Source of the DNA: Elusimicrobiota bacterium
GTDB taxonomy: Bacteria > Elusimicrobiota > Elusimicrobia > Elusimicrobiales > UBA9959
DNA: 18,144 nucleotides
NCBI GenBank assembly: GCA_037137395.1
Contig: JBAXKK010000053.1
Location: forward strand, 1 to 18,144
Direction of reading: 5' to 3'
The notes beneath the pieces were generated by a model that made no database searches, was not told the DNA's origin, and saw only the letters and a program-made list of their open reading frames with translations. Position 1 is the stretch's first letter. The number at the start of each line of letters is the position of its first letter. Shown here piece after piece: positions 7,077 to 15,850 of this stretch. A program made the translations under genes and the position numbers.

Positions 7077-8360
7077 ATGGACGCTAAAATTAAAAAAGTA
7101 ATAGCCAGAGAGATACTTGACTCGCGGGGTTTCCCCACGGTTGAAACCGATATACATTTAACTGACGGCTCTTTCGGACGCGCCGCGGTACCGAGCGGCG
7201 CCTCCACCGGCACTCACGAGGCCCTGGAACTCCGCGACGGCGGCAAACGCTACCAGGGCAAAGGCGTGGTCAAGGCCGTTGAAAATGTAAATGACATTAT
7301 CGCTCCCGAGATCGCCGGCCTAAAAACAGACCAGGTTAAAATAGACGAGCTTATGATAGAGCTTGACGGCACCCATACGAAATCAAAGCTGGGCGCGAAC
7401 GCCATACTCTCGGTCTCCATGGCTCTGGCGCGGGCCGCCGCGGCGTCCGCCAAGTTGCCGCTTTACGCTTACATTCGCAAAGCTTACGGCATAAGGCACA
7501 AGGACTTCATTATCCCGGCCCCGATGCTAAACATCGTCAATGGGGGCAAGCACGCCGATTCCGGCATTAATATTCAGGAATTTATGATCGTGCCTACAGG
7601 CGTCACCAAGTTTTCCGAGGCTATACGCGTCGGCTCGGAAATATATCACACGCTCAAGGGCATCCTGTCCAAGGGCGGCTATACGGTGTCCGTCGGAGAC
7701 GAAGGCGGCTTCGCCCCCAAGATCTTCACCCACGAGTCCGTGCTTGAAACCATCTGCAAGGCAATAAAGGACGCCGGCTATACCTTCAAGGAAGTCCAAC
7801 TGGCCCTGGACTCGGCCGCCAGCGAGTTCCACCAGAATGACCGATATGTGTTCGAGAGCTCTAATCTCACCCATCAGGAAATGACCAGTAAGTATTCGGA
7901 ATGGAAGAAGCATTTCCCTCTTATTTCATATGAGGACCCTCTTGCCGAGGATGACTGGGAAGGCTGGGAACACATGACCAAGCAGCTGGGGAAAAAGGCC
8001 CGCATCGTGGGCGACGATATTTTTGTAACCAACCCTGAGCGCCTGAAGCGCGGAATAGAAGAGGGTATAGCCAACGCCATCCTTATCAAACTTAACCAGA
8101 TAGGTTCCCTGACCGAGACCGTGCGCGTTATAGAAATGGCGCAGAAAGCCGATTACGCTACCATCATCTCTCACCGCTCCGGGGAGACGGAAGACGCCTT
8201 TATAGCCGACCTGGCAGTGGCAACCAACGCCGGAGCCATCAAGACCGGCGCGCCCTGCCGTTCGGAACGCCTGTGCAAGTACAACCAGCTCATCAGGATA
8301 GAGGAAGAACTGGGCAAGAAAGCCAAATACGCCAAGGACATGGCGTTCAGATTCAAATAG
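7077..8360 (+). CDS. eno: Enolase
   Basis: REILDSRG, VPSGASTG, GGKHA, QEFM, GDEGG, EDP, VGDD, LIKLNQIGS and SHRSGET are all canonical; GAGGAG RBS at about 7065-7070. Confidence 0.99.
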   Translation: MDAKIKKVIAREILDSRGFPTVETDIHLTDGSFGRAAVPSGASTGTHEALELRDGGKRYQGKGVVKAVENVNDIIAPEIAGLKTDQVKIDELMIELDGTHTKSKLGANAILSVSMALARAAAASAKLPLYAYIRKAYGIRHKDFIIPAPMLNIVNGGKHADSGINIQEFMIVPTGVTKFSEAIRVGSEIYHTLKGILSKGGYTVSVGDEGGFAPKIFTHESVLETICKAIKDAGYTFKEVQLALDSAASEFHQNDRYVFESSNLTHQEMTSKYSEWKKHFPLISYEDPLAEDDWEGWEHMTKQLGKKARIVGDDIFVTNPERLKRGIEEGIANAILIKLNQIGSLTETVRVIEMAQKADYATIISHRSGETEDAFIADLAVATNAGAIKTGAPCRSERLCKYNQLIRIEEELGKKAKYAKDMAFRFK

Positions 8361-8374
8361 AAAGAGTCAGCAAA

Positions 8375-8448
8375 TAGCGAAGTAGGGAAGTAGCGAAATG
8401 GCGCGCTTTTTTGTCAGCCAACTGCTTCGCTATTTCGCTATTTCACCA
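8375..8448. repeat. Octamer array (TAGCGAAR / YTTCGCTA) arranged as inverted arms
   Basis: TAGCGAAG 8375-8382, TAGGGAAG 8383-8390, TAGCGAAA 8391-8398; complementary CTTCGCTA 8425-8432, TTTCGCTA 8433-8440, TTTCACCA 8441-8448. Confidence 0.85.
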
Positions 8449-8456
8449 CCTCAGCC

Positions 8457-8744
8457 ATGCAGCTTAAAAAACACAAATCAAAGCTTAAATACATCATCCT
8501 GCTTTCGCTGATCATCTTTCTGTTAGCGAACAGGGGCTTCAGGTCGCTGACAAAAAACTACCTGGAATTAAGACGGCTTAAGAACCAGAAAATAGAACTT
8601 AAATCGGAGGAGCTAGGTCTTGAAAAAAGCTTTAAAACAATGAAGGAGCCCGGGCAGATAGAACACACAGCCCGCAAAGAGCTGGGCCTCATAAAACCCG
8701 GCGAAATAGAATACCGCTTTCCGCCGCCAAAGGACGATAAATGA
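8457..8744 (+). CDS. ftsB: Septum formation initiator FtsB/DivIC
   Basis: 95 aa with a basic N-terminus, single TM helix, coiled coil and IEHTARKELGLIKPGE motif; conserved eno-ftsB synteny. Confidence 0.88.
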   Translation: MQLKKHKSKLKYIILLSLIIFLLANRGFRSLTKNYLELRRLKNQKIELKSEELGLEKSFKTMKEPGQIEHTARKELGLIKPGEIEYRFPPPKDDK

Positions 8745-9370
8745 AGTCAGAACAATTAAAGCTTGGCCCCATGGATAATTTTTCCTATGTGGTTTGGGAC
8801 ACAGCTCTGAGAGAAGCCGCCGTTATTGATCCGGCCTGGCAACCGAAAAAAATAGAGGAATTTCTGCGAAAGGAAAAACTCGCCCTTAAAATCCTGCTTC
8901 TTACTCACGCTCATCCTGATCACGTCAACGCCGCCCGCTATTTTATGGATAAAGATAAGGACCTTGCCCTTACCATGCATAAGGAGGACCTGTTCCTCCT
9001 GGATGACGATATTAAACCGCTGAACCTGATTAAAGACGATGACGAAATCGCTCTCGGCCGCGTTAAAATAAAGGTGATACATACTCCGGGACATACCCCC
9101 GGCTCTGTCTCATATGTAACCGGCGGTTGCGTGTTCACGGGAGACACACTCTTCGTGGGCGGATGCGGCAGAACGGATCTGCCCGGCTCCGATCCCAAAG
9201 CGCTGCGTCTTAGTCTTTTAAAGCTCGCCGCCCTTAGCGGAGAAACAACGCTTTATCCCGGTCACTCATACAACGGCAACAGCTCCACCATCGGGGTACA
9301 AAAAGAGTGCAATATTTACATGAAGCTCGCCGCTAAAAGCGAGGCTGAATTCCTGAAAGCCTCGGCATGA
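8741..9370 (+). CDS. Metallo-beta-lactamase-fold hydrolase (glyoxalase II/YcbL-like)
   Basis: THAHPDH (HxHxDH), HTPGHTPG, FTGDTLF, GRTDLPG, PGH. Confidence 0.92.
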   Translation: MKSEQLKLGPMDNFSYVVWDTALREAAVIDPAWQPKKIEEFLRKEKLALKILLLTHAHPDHVNAARYFMDKDKDLALTMHKEDLFLLDDDIKPLNLIKDDDEIALGRVKIKVIHTPGHTPGSVSYVTGGCVFTGDTLFVGGCGRTDLPGSDPKALRLSLLKLAALSGETTLYPGHSYNGNSSTIGVQKECNIYMKLAAKSEAEFLKASA

Positions 9371-9492
9371 GAAGGGCCTAGGCGGGGCCTGCGCTTGCGC
9401 GGACAATCCTTAAAGTATAAACTAGTTAAGAGATTATCGCTTTTAAATCCTAGTTCCGGGATATTGAATCGTATAGTTTTAAATACTGAAAT

Positions 9493-10272
9493 ATGCACCC
9501 TTTTTTATTACATCTCGGCGGTTTTAAACTGCCAGCCTACGGGTTTATGGTAGCCCTCGGGTACTCGGCTGCCATTTTCTATCTTCTTAAAAGCCGCGCA
9601 AGCTTCGCTATAACCAGGGAGCAGACCGCTGATCTTGTATTTTATTCGGCCCTGTCCGGCATACTGGGCGCTAAAGTTGTATTCGCCGCAACATACTGGA
9701 ATGAATTGGGTCCGGACCTCACCTCAAAACTCCTTTATATTCTGAAATCTTTTAAATATGGTTTCGTTTTTTACGGCGGCTTTGCAGCCGGCGCCGTGGC
9801 CTTCTTTATCTACTGCCGCAGACACGGGCTTAGCTTTCTTAAAGCCGCCGACTACTTCGCACCGGCGCTGGCCTTGGCGCACGGATTTGGAAGAATAGGC
9901 TGTTTTATGGCAGGTTGCTGCTATGGCCGCCCCTCGCCCGGCAGTTTCGGAGTGGCTTTTACTGATCCTTTATCCGAGATCCCGCAGGCCTACCTAGGCG
10001 TGCCCCTATATCCGACGCAGCTTATTGAAGCAGCCGGAAATTTCTTCATATTCGGGGGAATAGTCTGGCTGTCGCGCCGTGAAAGACCGCTACCCGGAGG
10101 CGTGATACTTGCCGCCTATATGCTGGCGTATTCCATCCTCCGCTTCCTGGTGGAATTCCTTAGGGGGGACGACCGCGGAGGCGCGTGGCTTGGACTTTCC
10201 CCCGCTCAAACATTATCGGTCATCGCGGCTTCAGCCGCGATATTTATAATTACTATTGTGAGAAAAAAATGA
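9493..10272 (+). CDS. lgt: Prolipoprotein diacylglyceryl transferase
   Basis: MHPFL..., YGFMVA, GFVFYGG, GRIGCFMAGCCYG, YPTQL, RFLVEFLRGD; multi-TM. Confidence 0.95.
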   Translation: MHPFLLHLGGFKLPAYGFMVALGYSAAIFYLLKSRASFAITREQTADLVFYSALSGILGAKVVFAATYWNELGPDLTSKLLYILKSFKYGFVFYGGFAAGAVAFFIYCRRHGLSFLKAADYFAPALALAHGFGRIGCFMAGCCYGRPSPGSFGVAFTDPLSEIPQAYLGVPLYPTQLIEAAGNFFIFGGIVWLSRRERPLPGGVILAAYMLAYSILRFLVEFLRGDDRGGAWLGLSPAQTLSVIAASAAIFIITIVRKK

Positions 10273-11195
10273 AAACACAGGCAATGATATTTGAAGGCGC
10301 GCCGGAAAGGCTTGACGTATTTATAACCCGCTCGGAATCCGGGTTATCAAGGGAATTCGTAAAGCGGATGATCAATGACGGCAGGGCGCTGGTAAACGGC
10401 ACTGTCAGGAAGCCGTCTTTTTTGCTTGAGCCCGGCGACTCGGTTACTATAGATCTTCCCGCCATGGGGAAAAAGGAAACCGCCGCGCTTGACTCGATCA
10501 TAATATACGAGGATAAGGATCTGCTGGCAGTCTCAAAACCCGCCGGCGTAAGCGTGCATCCCAATGATTCTAACTGGGAGCGCCGACCCGAGACCTGCCT
10601 TATCTGCGAATCAACGCTAGTATCGATGCTGCTCCGGGCGCGCCCGGAGTTAGGGAACAACAAAGTTCCCCGCATGGGCCTGGTGCATCGCCTGGACCGG
10701 GACACGAGCGGCCTGATGCTGGTGGCGAAAACGCCTGAAGCGCAAACCGCCCTGCAAACCCAATTTCGAGAAAGGCTGGTGGAAAAGACCTATGTGGGCG
10801 TTGTCGGAGGAGTGCCGTCAAAAAAGACCGGTTCCATCGATGCGCCTATAGGCCGCGCTTCAGGCTTCAAAAAAATAAAGGTATGGGAATACGGTCGGGC
10901 CGCGCTCACGGATTTCAAGGTGACGGAAAAAACCGGAAAACACGCCATGCTAGAAGTTTACCCCCGCACAGGCCGCACCAACCAGATAAGAATTCACCTG
11001 GAGTTTATAGGCCACCCGATAGTCGGCGACAGGCTTTACGCCGGTGAGAGGGCTTCCCGCCTTATGCTGCACTCGCGCGAGATAACCTTTATGCATCCCT
11101 CGAAGAACAAGAGCATGACTCTAAAAGTGGAACTGCCGGAAGATTTTCTGCGGGAATGGGCTAAAATCAAAAAAGCGGACAAACAGATAATTTAA
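10269..11195 (+). CDS. rluD: RluA-family pseudouridine synthase (RluD-like, with S4 domain)
   Basis: ERLD S4 start, KPAGVSVHP, catalytic HRLDRDTSG, TGRTNQIRIH, GHPIVGD. The likely start is ATG 10269, overlapping the lgt stop (ATGA), rather than GTG 10185. Confidence 0.88.
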   Translation: MKTQAMIFEGAPERLDVFITRSESGLSREFVKRMINDGRALVNGTVRKPSFLLEPGDSVTIDLPAMGKKETAALDSIIIYEDKDLLAVSKPAGVSVHPNDSNWERRPETCLICESTLVSMLLRARPELGNNKVPRMGLVHRLDRDTSGLMLVAKTPEAQTALQTQFRERLVEKTYVGVVGGVPSKKTGSIDAPIGRASGFKKIKVWEYGRAALTDFKVTEKTGKHAMLEVYPRTGRTNQIRIHLEFIGHPIVGDRLYAGERASRLMLHSREITFMHPSKNKSMTLKVELPEDFLREWAKIKKADKQII

Positions 11196-11196
11196 A

Positions 11197-11251
11197 GACT
11201 GGAAGGATTGCGGACCAGACATTATAATGAGATTCTTTCAATCATCCAGTC
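11197..11251. terminator. Imperfect inverted repeat between convergent rluD and GH57 genes
   Basis: GACTGGAAGGATTG 11197-11210 is nearly complementary to CAATCATCCAGTC 11239-11251. The pair fills the 58-nt gap between the two stop codons. Confidence 0.45.
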
Positions 11252-11253
11252 CT

Positions 11254-12858
11254 TTATAATTTAGACACGGAAGCGAACAGCCTGAAATCCAGCTTGGGGA
11301 ACAGGCTGTTCTTTTTTTCCAGGTCGGCAAGGTTTTTTTCATCCACGCGCTTCTCCAGGACTTCGGAGAGCAGTCTTACGGCGTTGGCTGTATGGGTTTC
11401 TACGCGGCCGGCGGCGTATTGCGAATGGGAGCCGATATACATAAGGAACGGCCAATCGGAACTCTGAGCAAGCAGCACCTCTCGGGCGGCCTGGTTAAGG
11501 GCCCTCAGGGTGATTGTGGACAGGTCTTGGTTGCGGAATCTGTTAGCTGTCACGATCATCCTGTCCGTCACGTCCAGAATCCTGGGATAGATAACATCGT
11601 TAGACTCGTTAACCCAGGGATCAAAATAGCCATTCTCGCCCCAGGAAGAAACCTGAGGGTTTATCTCAGCGGGTTCCGGGCAGGTATTCATGTATTCCTC
11701 GGGTGTGACAAACTGCAGAGGCAGCCGATCCTGCCTTATCTTCCTTAAGACACTTTCCAGGAACGCCGGGCCTTCAAACCACCAGTGACCGAACAGTTCC
11801 GCGTCATAGCAACCGACAATCACCGGCCGGATACTTTTGGAGGCATGAATTTCGTCAACTTGTTTCATGCGGCGGGCAAGGAAATCGGCGGCGTGGCGCT
11901 CAACGGTGGCCAGAGCCTCGTCGGAATCGTAATAAAGCTTTTGGGAAAGGTCCACGGGACCCGTGATACGGTGGTACTTCAGGCCCAGGGACCGGCGAGT
12001 GCCGTCGGCGCTCAAATAAGGCTTTATGTAATCATAATCGGCGTCGTAACCCAGGTCGCGGTAAAATTCCCGGTAGGCTGGGGCTCCCGGATAGCCGAAT
12101 TTCGCGCTCCACACTTCTTTTGAAGAATCAGCGTCGCGGGCAAAAAGGTTAAGGCCGTTCGGCGTGCGGTAGGAGGAATAGACGCCGTTCTTAGGCGCCG
12201 CTTCGGAGAAATTAACGGCGTGCGATTCCGTAAAAATATACTTGAAGCCGGAAAGCTTGAGATAAGTCTGGAGACGGGCGTCATAAGCGCATTCGGGCAG
12301 CCAGAAACCGGAGGGCTTCCTGTTGAACCTGTCAAAATAATCATCAGCCGCGGCAGATACCTGCGCGCGCAGCGCTTCCGGGTGAGCCAACAGCGGCAGA
12401 ATAGAATGCGTGGCCGACGTGGTGATGATCTCAATATGTCCCGCGTGCTGAAGCTGCTTTAGAGGGGTTATAAGATCGCCGCTGTACTTATGAATGATCT
12501 GAGCCGCTTCACCGTAGAGCCGGGCGTAGAGCCTTACTGTCTTTGAAAGCACGGGGTCGCTCTCCGTCCGGATAAGCTCTTTATCTATCAGTTCCAGGCG
12601 CGCGTCTATGTAGCGTTTGAGCTTTCTTTCCAGCTGCTCATTCTCTAGCATCGCGCCAAGGGTAGGCGAGATAGAAATGGCGATGCCGGGCCTGATACCG
12701 TCCCGCACAAGCCTGTCAAGCACGGAAATCAGCGGGATATAGGTTTCCACCACGCCTTCAAAGAACCAATTCTCTTCCAGAAAATCTTCCTGCTCAGGAT
12801 GATTGACATACGGAAGATGCGCGTGCAGGAGGAAAAGCAGGGAGCCTTTGGAGCTCAT
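11254..12858 (-). CDS. GH57 1,4-alpha-glucan branching enzyme (DUF1957-containing)
   Basis: HAHLPYV, ETYIP, nucleophile motif GFWLPECAY, YREFYRD, acid/base motif YDAELFGHWWFEG, and QSSDWPF. Confidence 0.93.
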   Translation of the reverse strand: MSSKGSLLFLLHAHLPYVNHPEQEDFLEENWFFEGVVETYIPLISVLDRLVRDGIRPGIAISISPTLGAMLENEQLERKLKRYIDARLELIDKELIRTESDPVLSKTVRLYARLYGEAAQIIHKYSGDLITPLKQLQHAGHIEIITTSATHSILPLLAHPEALRAQVSAAADDYFDRFNRKPSGFWLPECAYDARLQTYLKLSGFKYIFTESHAVNFSEAAPKNGVYSSYRTPNGLNLFARDADSSKEVWSAKFGYPGAPAYREFYRDLGYDADYDYIKPYLSADGTRRSLGLKYHRITGPVDLSQKLYYDSDEALATVERHAADFLARRMKQVDEIHASKSIRPVIVGCYDAELFGHWWFEGPAFLESVLRKIRQDRLPLQFVTPEEYMNTCPEPAEINPQVSSWGENGYFDPWVNESNDVIYPRILDVTDRMIVTANRFRNQDLSTITLRALNQAAREVLLAQSSDWPFLMYIGSHSQYAAGRVETHTANAVRLLSEVLEKRVDEKNLADLEKKNSLFPKLDFRLFASVSKL

Positions 12859-13250
12859 ACGGGATCCTTGCGGAAAAATTCGGAACTGGAGTAGCCGGCC
12901 GACAGGACCTGTCTGGGAGCCGAGACTGGCGTGGCCGCGGCGTTGCTCTCAAGGATTTTTTCCTGGGCGCCGTCCTTTTTACGGACATAGACGGCGGCGG
13001 TATATGTCCGGCCCTCAACAGGCGGCTTCATATAAAGCTTACCGGCGTTCCATTGGGTGGAAACTTCCGAGGTCAGAGCTTTATCGTCCACGGCGCAAAG
13101 CCTCACGATTATTTCCGGCTCATATCCCCCGATTTCAAAAGTTTCCTCAATAGCCCGGCTCCAGGTCCAGCAGACAAAGACCGCGGCCGGGTTCTTGGGC
13201 AGCAGATAAATCTTGTCGCTTGACGGGGTGAAGGCTGTTTCGTTTGCCAT
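12855..13250 (-). CDS. DUF4912-like protein
   Basis: KIYLLPKNPAAVFVCW resembles the DUF4912 LLPxDPxxxxxYW start; C-terminal SSS; 4-nt overlap with the GH57 gene, a common pairing. Confidence 0.65.
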   Translation of the reverse strand: MANETAFTPSSDKIYLLPKNPAAVFVCWTWSRAIEETFEIGGYEPEIIVRLCAVDDKALTSEVSTQWNAGKLYMKPPVEGRTYTAAVYVRKKDGAQEKILESNAAATPVSAPRQVLSAGYSSSEFFRKDPV

Positions 13251-13409
13251 ATATCGCGCGGTGAAGCCCGAAAAAATCCCTACAGATAATTTACTAAATT
13301 TCCCCTAAATTAAAAACATTTTTTTATATTTTGTTTTTTTATATCATAATGAAAGGGAGCCATCGGACGGACACCCTGAACATTCTGACTTATCCAGTAA
13401 GGAGCCTTT

Positions 13410-14447
13410 ATGAAAGCAATCTGCAAATTATCCCCCGGACCCGGCGCCGAGTATATAGACCGCGATGTCCCGGTCATAAATAAAGATGAGCTGCTTTTGA
13501 GGGTGGACCATGCCGCAATATGCGAGAATGATCTGGCGATCTATAACTGGACCGGCTGGGCGCCGGACCGGGTTAAAACCCCCATGATCTTCGGGCACGA
13601 GCTCTGCGGAGAAGTGGTGGAGATGGGTCAGTTGGATAAAGGCTTTAATAAGGGCGATTTTGTATCCGTTGAATCCCACATTTTCTGCGGTCTATGCTAT
13701 CAATGCCGCAATGATCAGCGCCATGTCTGTGCCAATGTGCGCATGATAGGCATCGACACGCCGGGCGGCTTCGCCGAATACGCGGCCGTGCCGGCCCGCT
13801 GCGCCTGGAAGCACACCGACGATTCGTTGAAAGATATCGGGGCCATCATGGAGCCGTTCGGCAACGCCGTCTACGGTGTTCTGGCCGAGGACATCGTGGG
13901 TAAAACAGTGCTTATCTCCGGCTGCGACCCCCAGGGGCTGTTCGGCATAGGCATAGCCAGAGCCGGCGGCGCCAAGAACATAATCGCGCTCGACTCCTCC
14001 GCCTACCGGAAAAAACTGGCTAAAAAAGCGGGCGCGGGCCACGTGCTGGACCCGCAGTCCGGGGATATTTTTACAAAGATAAAACACGCCGCAAAATCTC
14101 CGGATGGCGTTGATACCGTTATAGAAATGTCCGGGGACCCTAAAGCCATAGGGCTAGGGCTATCCGTGCTCCGCTACGGAGGTAGATTCACCGCCTTCGG
14201 CATGCCCGGCAAGAAAATAGAACTTGATTACGCCAAAGACATAATTTCAAAAGGCATACGCCTCTATGGCGTGGCCGGCCGCGAGATTTTCAGGAGCTGG
14301 TACAAGATGGAAAGCATACTGAAATCAAACGCGGTAGATCCCCGGCCGATAATTACCCATACGTTCAAGTTCAGGGATTTCAAAAAAGCCTTTGAACTGG
14401 TGGGGTCAAAAGAAAAGAAATGCGGCAAAGTGATTCTGACGCCGTAA
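13410..14447 (+). CDS. tdh: L-threonine 3-dehydrogenase-like zinc MDR protein with altered NAD site
   Basis: YNW..W, GHE, ESHIFCGLCYQC...HVC (structural Zn), EPFGNAV, IEMSG, GREIF..W, CGKVIL; AAGGAG RBS at 13399-13404; upstream of kbl. CGTDxH is replaced by CENDLA and GxGPxG by GCDPQG. Confidence 0.85.
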   Translation: MKAICKLSPGPGAEYIDRDVPVINKDELLLRVDHAAICENDLAIYNWTGWAPDRVKTPMIFGHELCGEVVEMGQLDKGFNKGDFVSVESHIFCGLCYQCRNDQRHVCANVRMIGIDTPGGFAEYAAVPARCAWKHTDDSLKDIGAIMEPFGNAVYGVLAEDIVGKTVLISGCDPQGLFGIGIARAGGAKNIIALDSSAYRKKLAKKAGAGHVLDPQSGDIFTKIKHAAKSPDGVDTVIEMSGDPKAIGLGLSVLRYGGRFTAFGMPGKKIELDYAKDIISKGIRLYGVAGREIFRSWYKMESILKSNAVDPRPIITHTFKFRDFKKAFELVGSKEKKCGKVILTP

Positions 14448-14547
14448 GCGTCATAATGCCAATAGCCGTTTGCCATAAACAGAAAAGGACTGCCATTTGC
14501 TATTAGCCTTACGCCATATGACAAGCAACTTACAGCTATTGTCATAA
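14441..14547 (+). repeat. Degenerate GCCATAA-family heptamer array, direct orientation
   Basis: GCCGTAA 14441-14447, GCCAATA/GCCGTTT/GCCATAA 14458-14478, GCCATTT/GCTATTA/GCCTTAC/GCCATAT 14492-14519, GTCATAA 14541-14547. Confidence 0.75.
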
Positions 14548-14583
14548 ATTTCAGTTCAACCGGAGATACAAGGAGACAACCGC

Positions 14584-15765
14584 ATGATTTTTGATACGCT
14601 GAAATTCGCGGAAGAAGAAGTCGCCGCGCTTAAGAGGGAAGGCCGTTTTATTAAGCCACGCGTCCTGGAGTCCGCGCAGGAGCCGATTTCCGTAATAGAC
14701 GGTAAAAAAGTTATCAACCTGACCTCCAACAATTACCTGGCCCTAGCCAATAACCCCAAAGTGAAAAAAGCCGCCATTGAAGCCATAGAAAAATACGGGG
14801 TGGGCTCAGCGGCCGTGCGCACCATCATAGGCACCATGTCAATACATGAAGAACTTGAAAACAAATTTGCCGCCTTCAAGCACTCCGAAGCATCCATCCT
14901 CTTCCAGTCCGGCTTTACCTCGAACGTCGCGGTCTGCCAGTCACTGATGTCAAGCGAATCCGACCTGCTTATCTCCGACGAGCTCAACCACGCCTCAATA
15001 ATAGACGGTGCGCGCCTGGCCAAAGCTCCCCGCAAGATTTACCGGCACAAAGACACCAAGCATCTGATAGAGATACTTGAAACCCCCGAAGCGAGAAACG
15101 CCCGCAGAAAGCTGGTGGTCACCGACGGAGTTTTTTCTATGGACGGCGATATCGCGCAACTCGACGAAGTTGTGGCCGCGGCGCACAAATATGGCGCTTT
15201 CGTTATGGTGGATGACGCGCACGCCAGCGGGGTCATCGGCAAAGAAGGCCGCGGCACTGTCAGCCATTTTAATCTTGACGGCAAGGTTGAGATACAGATT
15301 GGGACGCTTTCAAAGGCTTTCGCGTCGGTCGGAGGCTACGCGGCCACTACACAAAATCTCAGAGATTATCTGGGCTCAGTGGCCAGACCCTTCCTATTCT
15401 CCAGCTCCCAGCCACCGTCAGTGGCGGCGACCTCACTGGCGGTTCTTGATCTATTGCTAACCGAACCGCAACATTTAAAGAACCTGTGGGACAACACCGC
15501 ATTTCTGAAAGAAGAACTGAAGAAAGCCGGTTTTGACACCGGCGCCTCAGTTACACCCATCACGCCCGTCATGACGGCGAAGGCCGTAGAGTTCTCAAGC
15601 CGCCTTTTCGAAGAGGGCGTGTTTGCTCTCGCCCTGGGTTTCCCCACTGTCCCCAGGGGCAAAGAGCGCCTGCGCACAATAGTGACCGCCGGCCACACGA
15701 TTAAGGACCTCGAATTCGCCGTAGATAAGTTCCGCAAAGTAGGCAAAGAGTTGAACATAATATAA
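14584..15765 (+). CDS. kbl: Glycine C-acetyltransferase (2-amino-3-ketobutyrate CoA ligase)
   Basis: SNNYL, SDELNHASIIDG, TDGVFSMDG, VDDAH, PLP-lysine motif GTLSKA, RPFLFS, FPTVP; AGGAG RBS at 14571-14575; adjacent to tdh. Confidence 0.92.
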   Translation: MIFDTLKFAEEEVAALKREGRFIKPRVLESAQEPISVIDGKKVINLTSNNYLALANNPKVKKAAIEAIEKYGVGSAAVRTIIGTMSIHEELENKFAAFKHSEASILFQSGFTSNVAVCQSLMSSESDLLISDELNHASIIDGARLAKAPRKIYRHKDTKHLIEILETPEARNARRKLVVTDGVFSMDGDIAQLDEVVAAAHKYGAFVMVDDAHASGVIGKEGRGTVSHFNLDGKVEIQIGTLSKAFASVGGYAATTQNLRDYLGSVARPFLFSSSQPPSVAATSLAVLDLLLTEPQHLKNLWDNTAFLKEELKKAGFDTGASVTPITPVMTAKAVEFSSRLFEEGVFALALGFPTVPRGKERLRTIVTAGHTIKDLEFAVDKFRKVGKELNII

Positions 15766-15850
15766 AGCTCAGGAGCCAAGGTTTGGAGAATAGCGAAAGG
15801 GATAATTTTTTTCTCAAACCAAAGCGCCAGAAAAAGCAGCCGGGAACGAT

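Noticed and set aside
9371..9492. AT-rich gap before lgt with a weak ACTAG...CTAGT inverted repeat
   Set aside because: The pairing is short and interrupted. It probably holds an internal promoter, but I cannot assign elements confidently.
11254..13250. DUF4912-GH57 pair as a novel system
   Set aside because: This pairing is commonly seen and the GH57 catalytic motifs are canonical, consistent with ordinary alpha-glucan metabolism.
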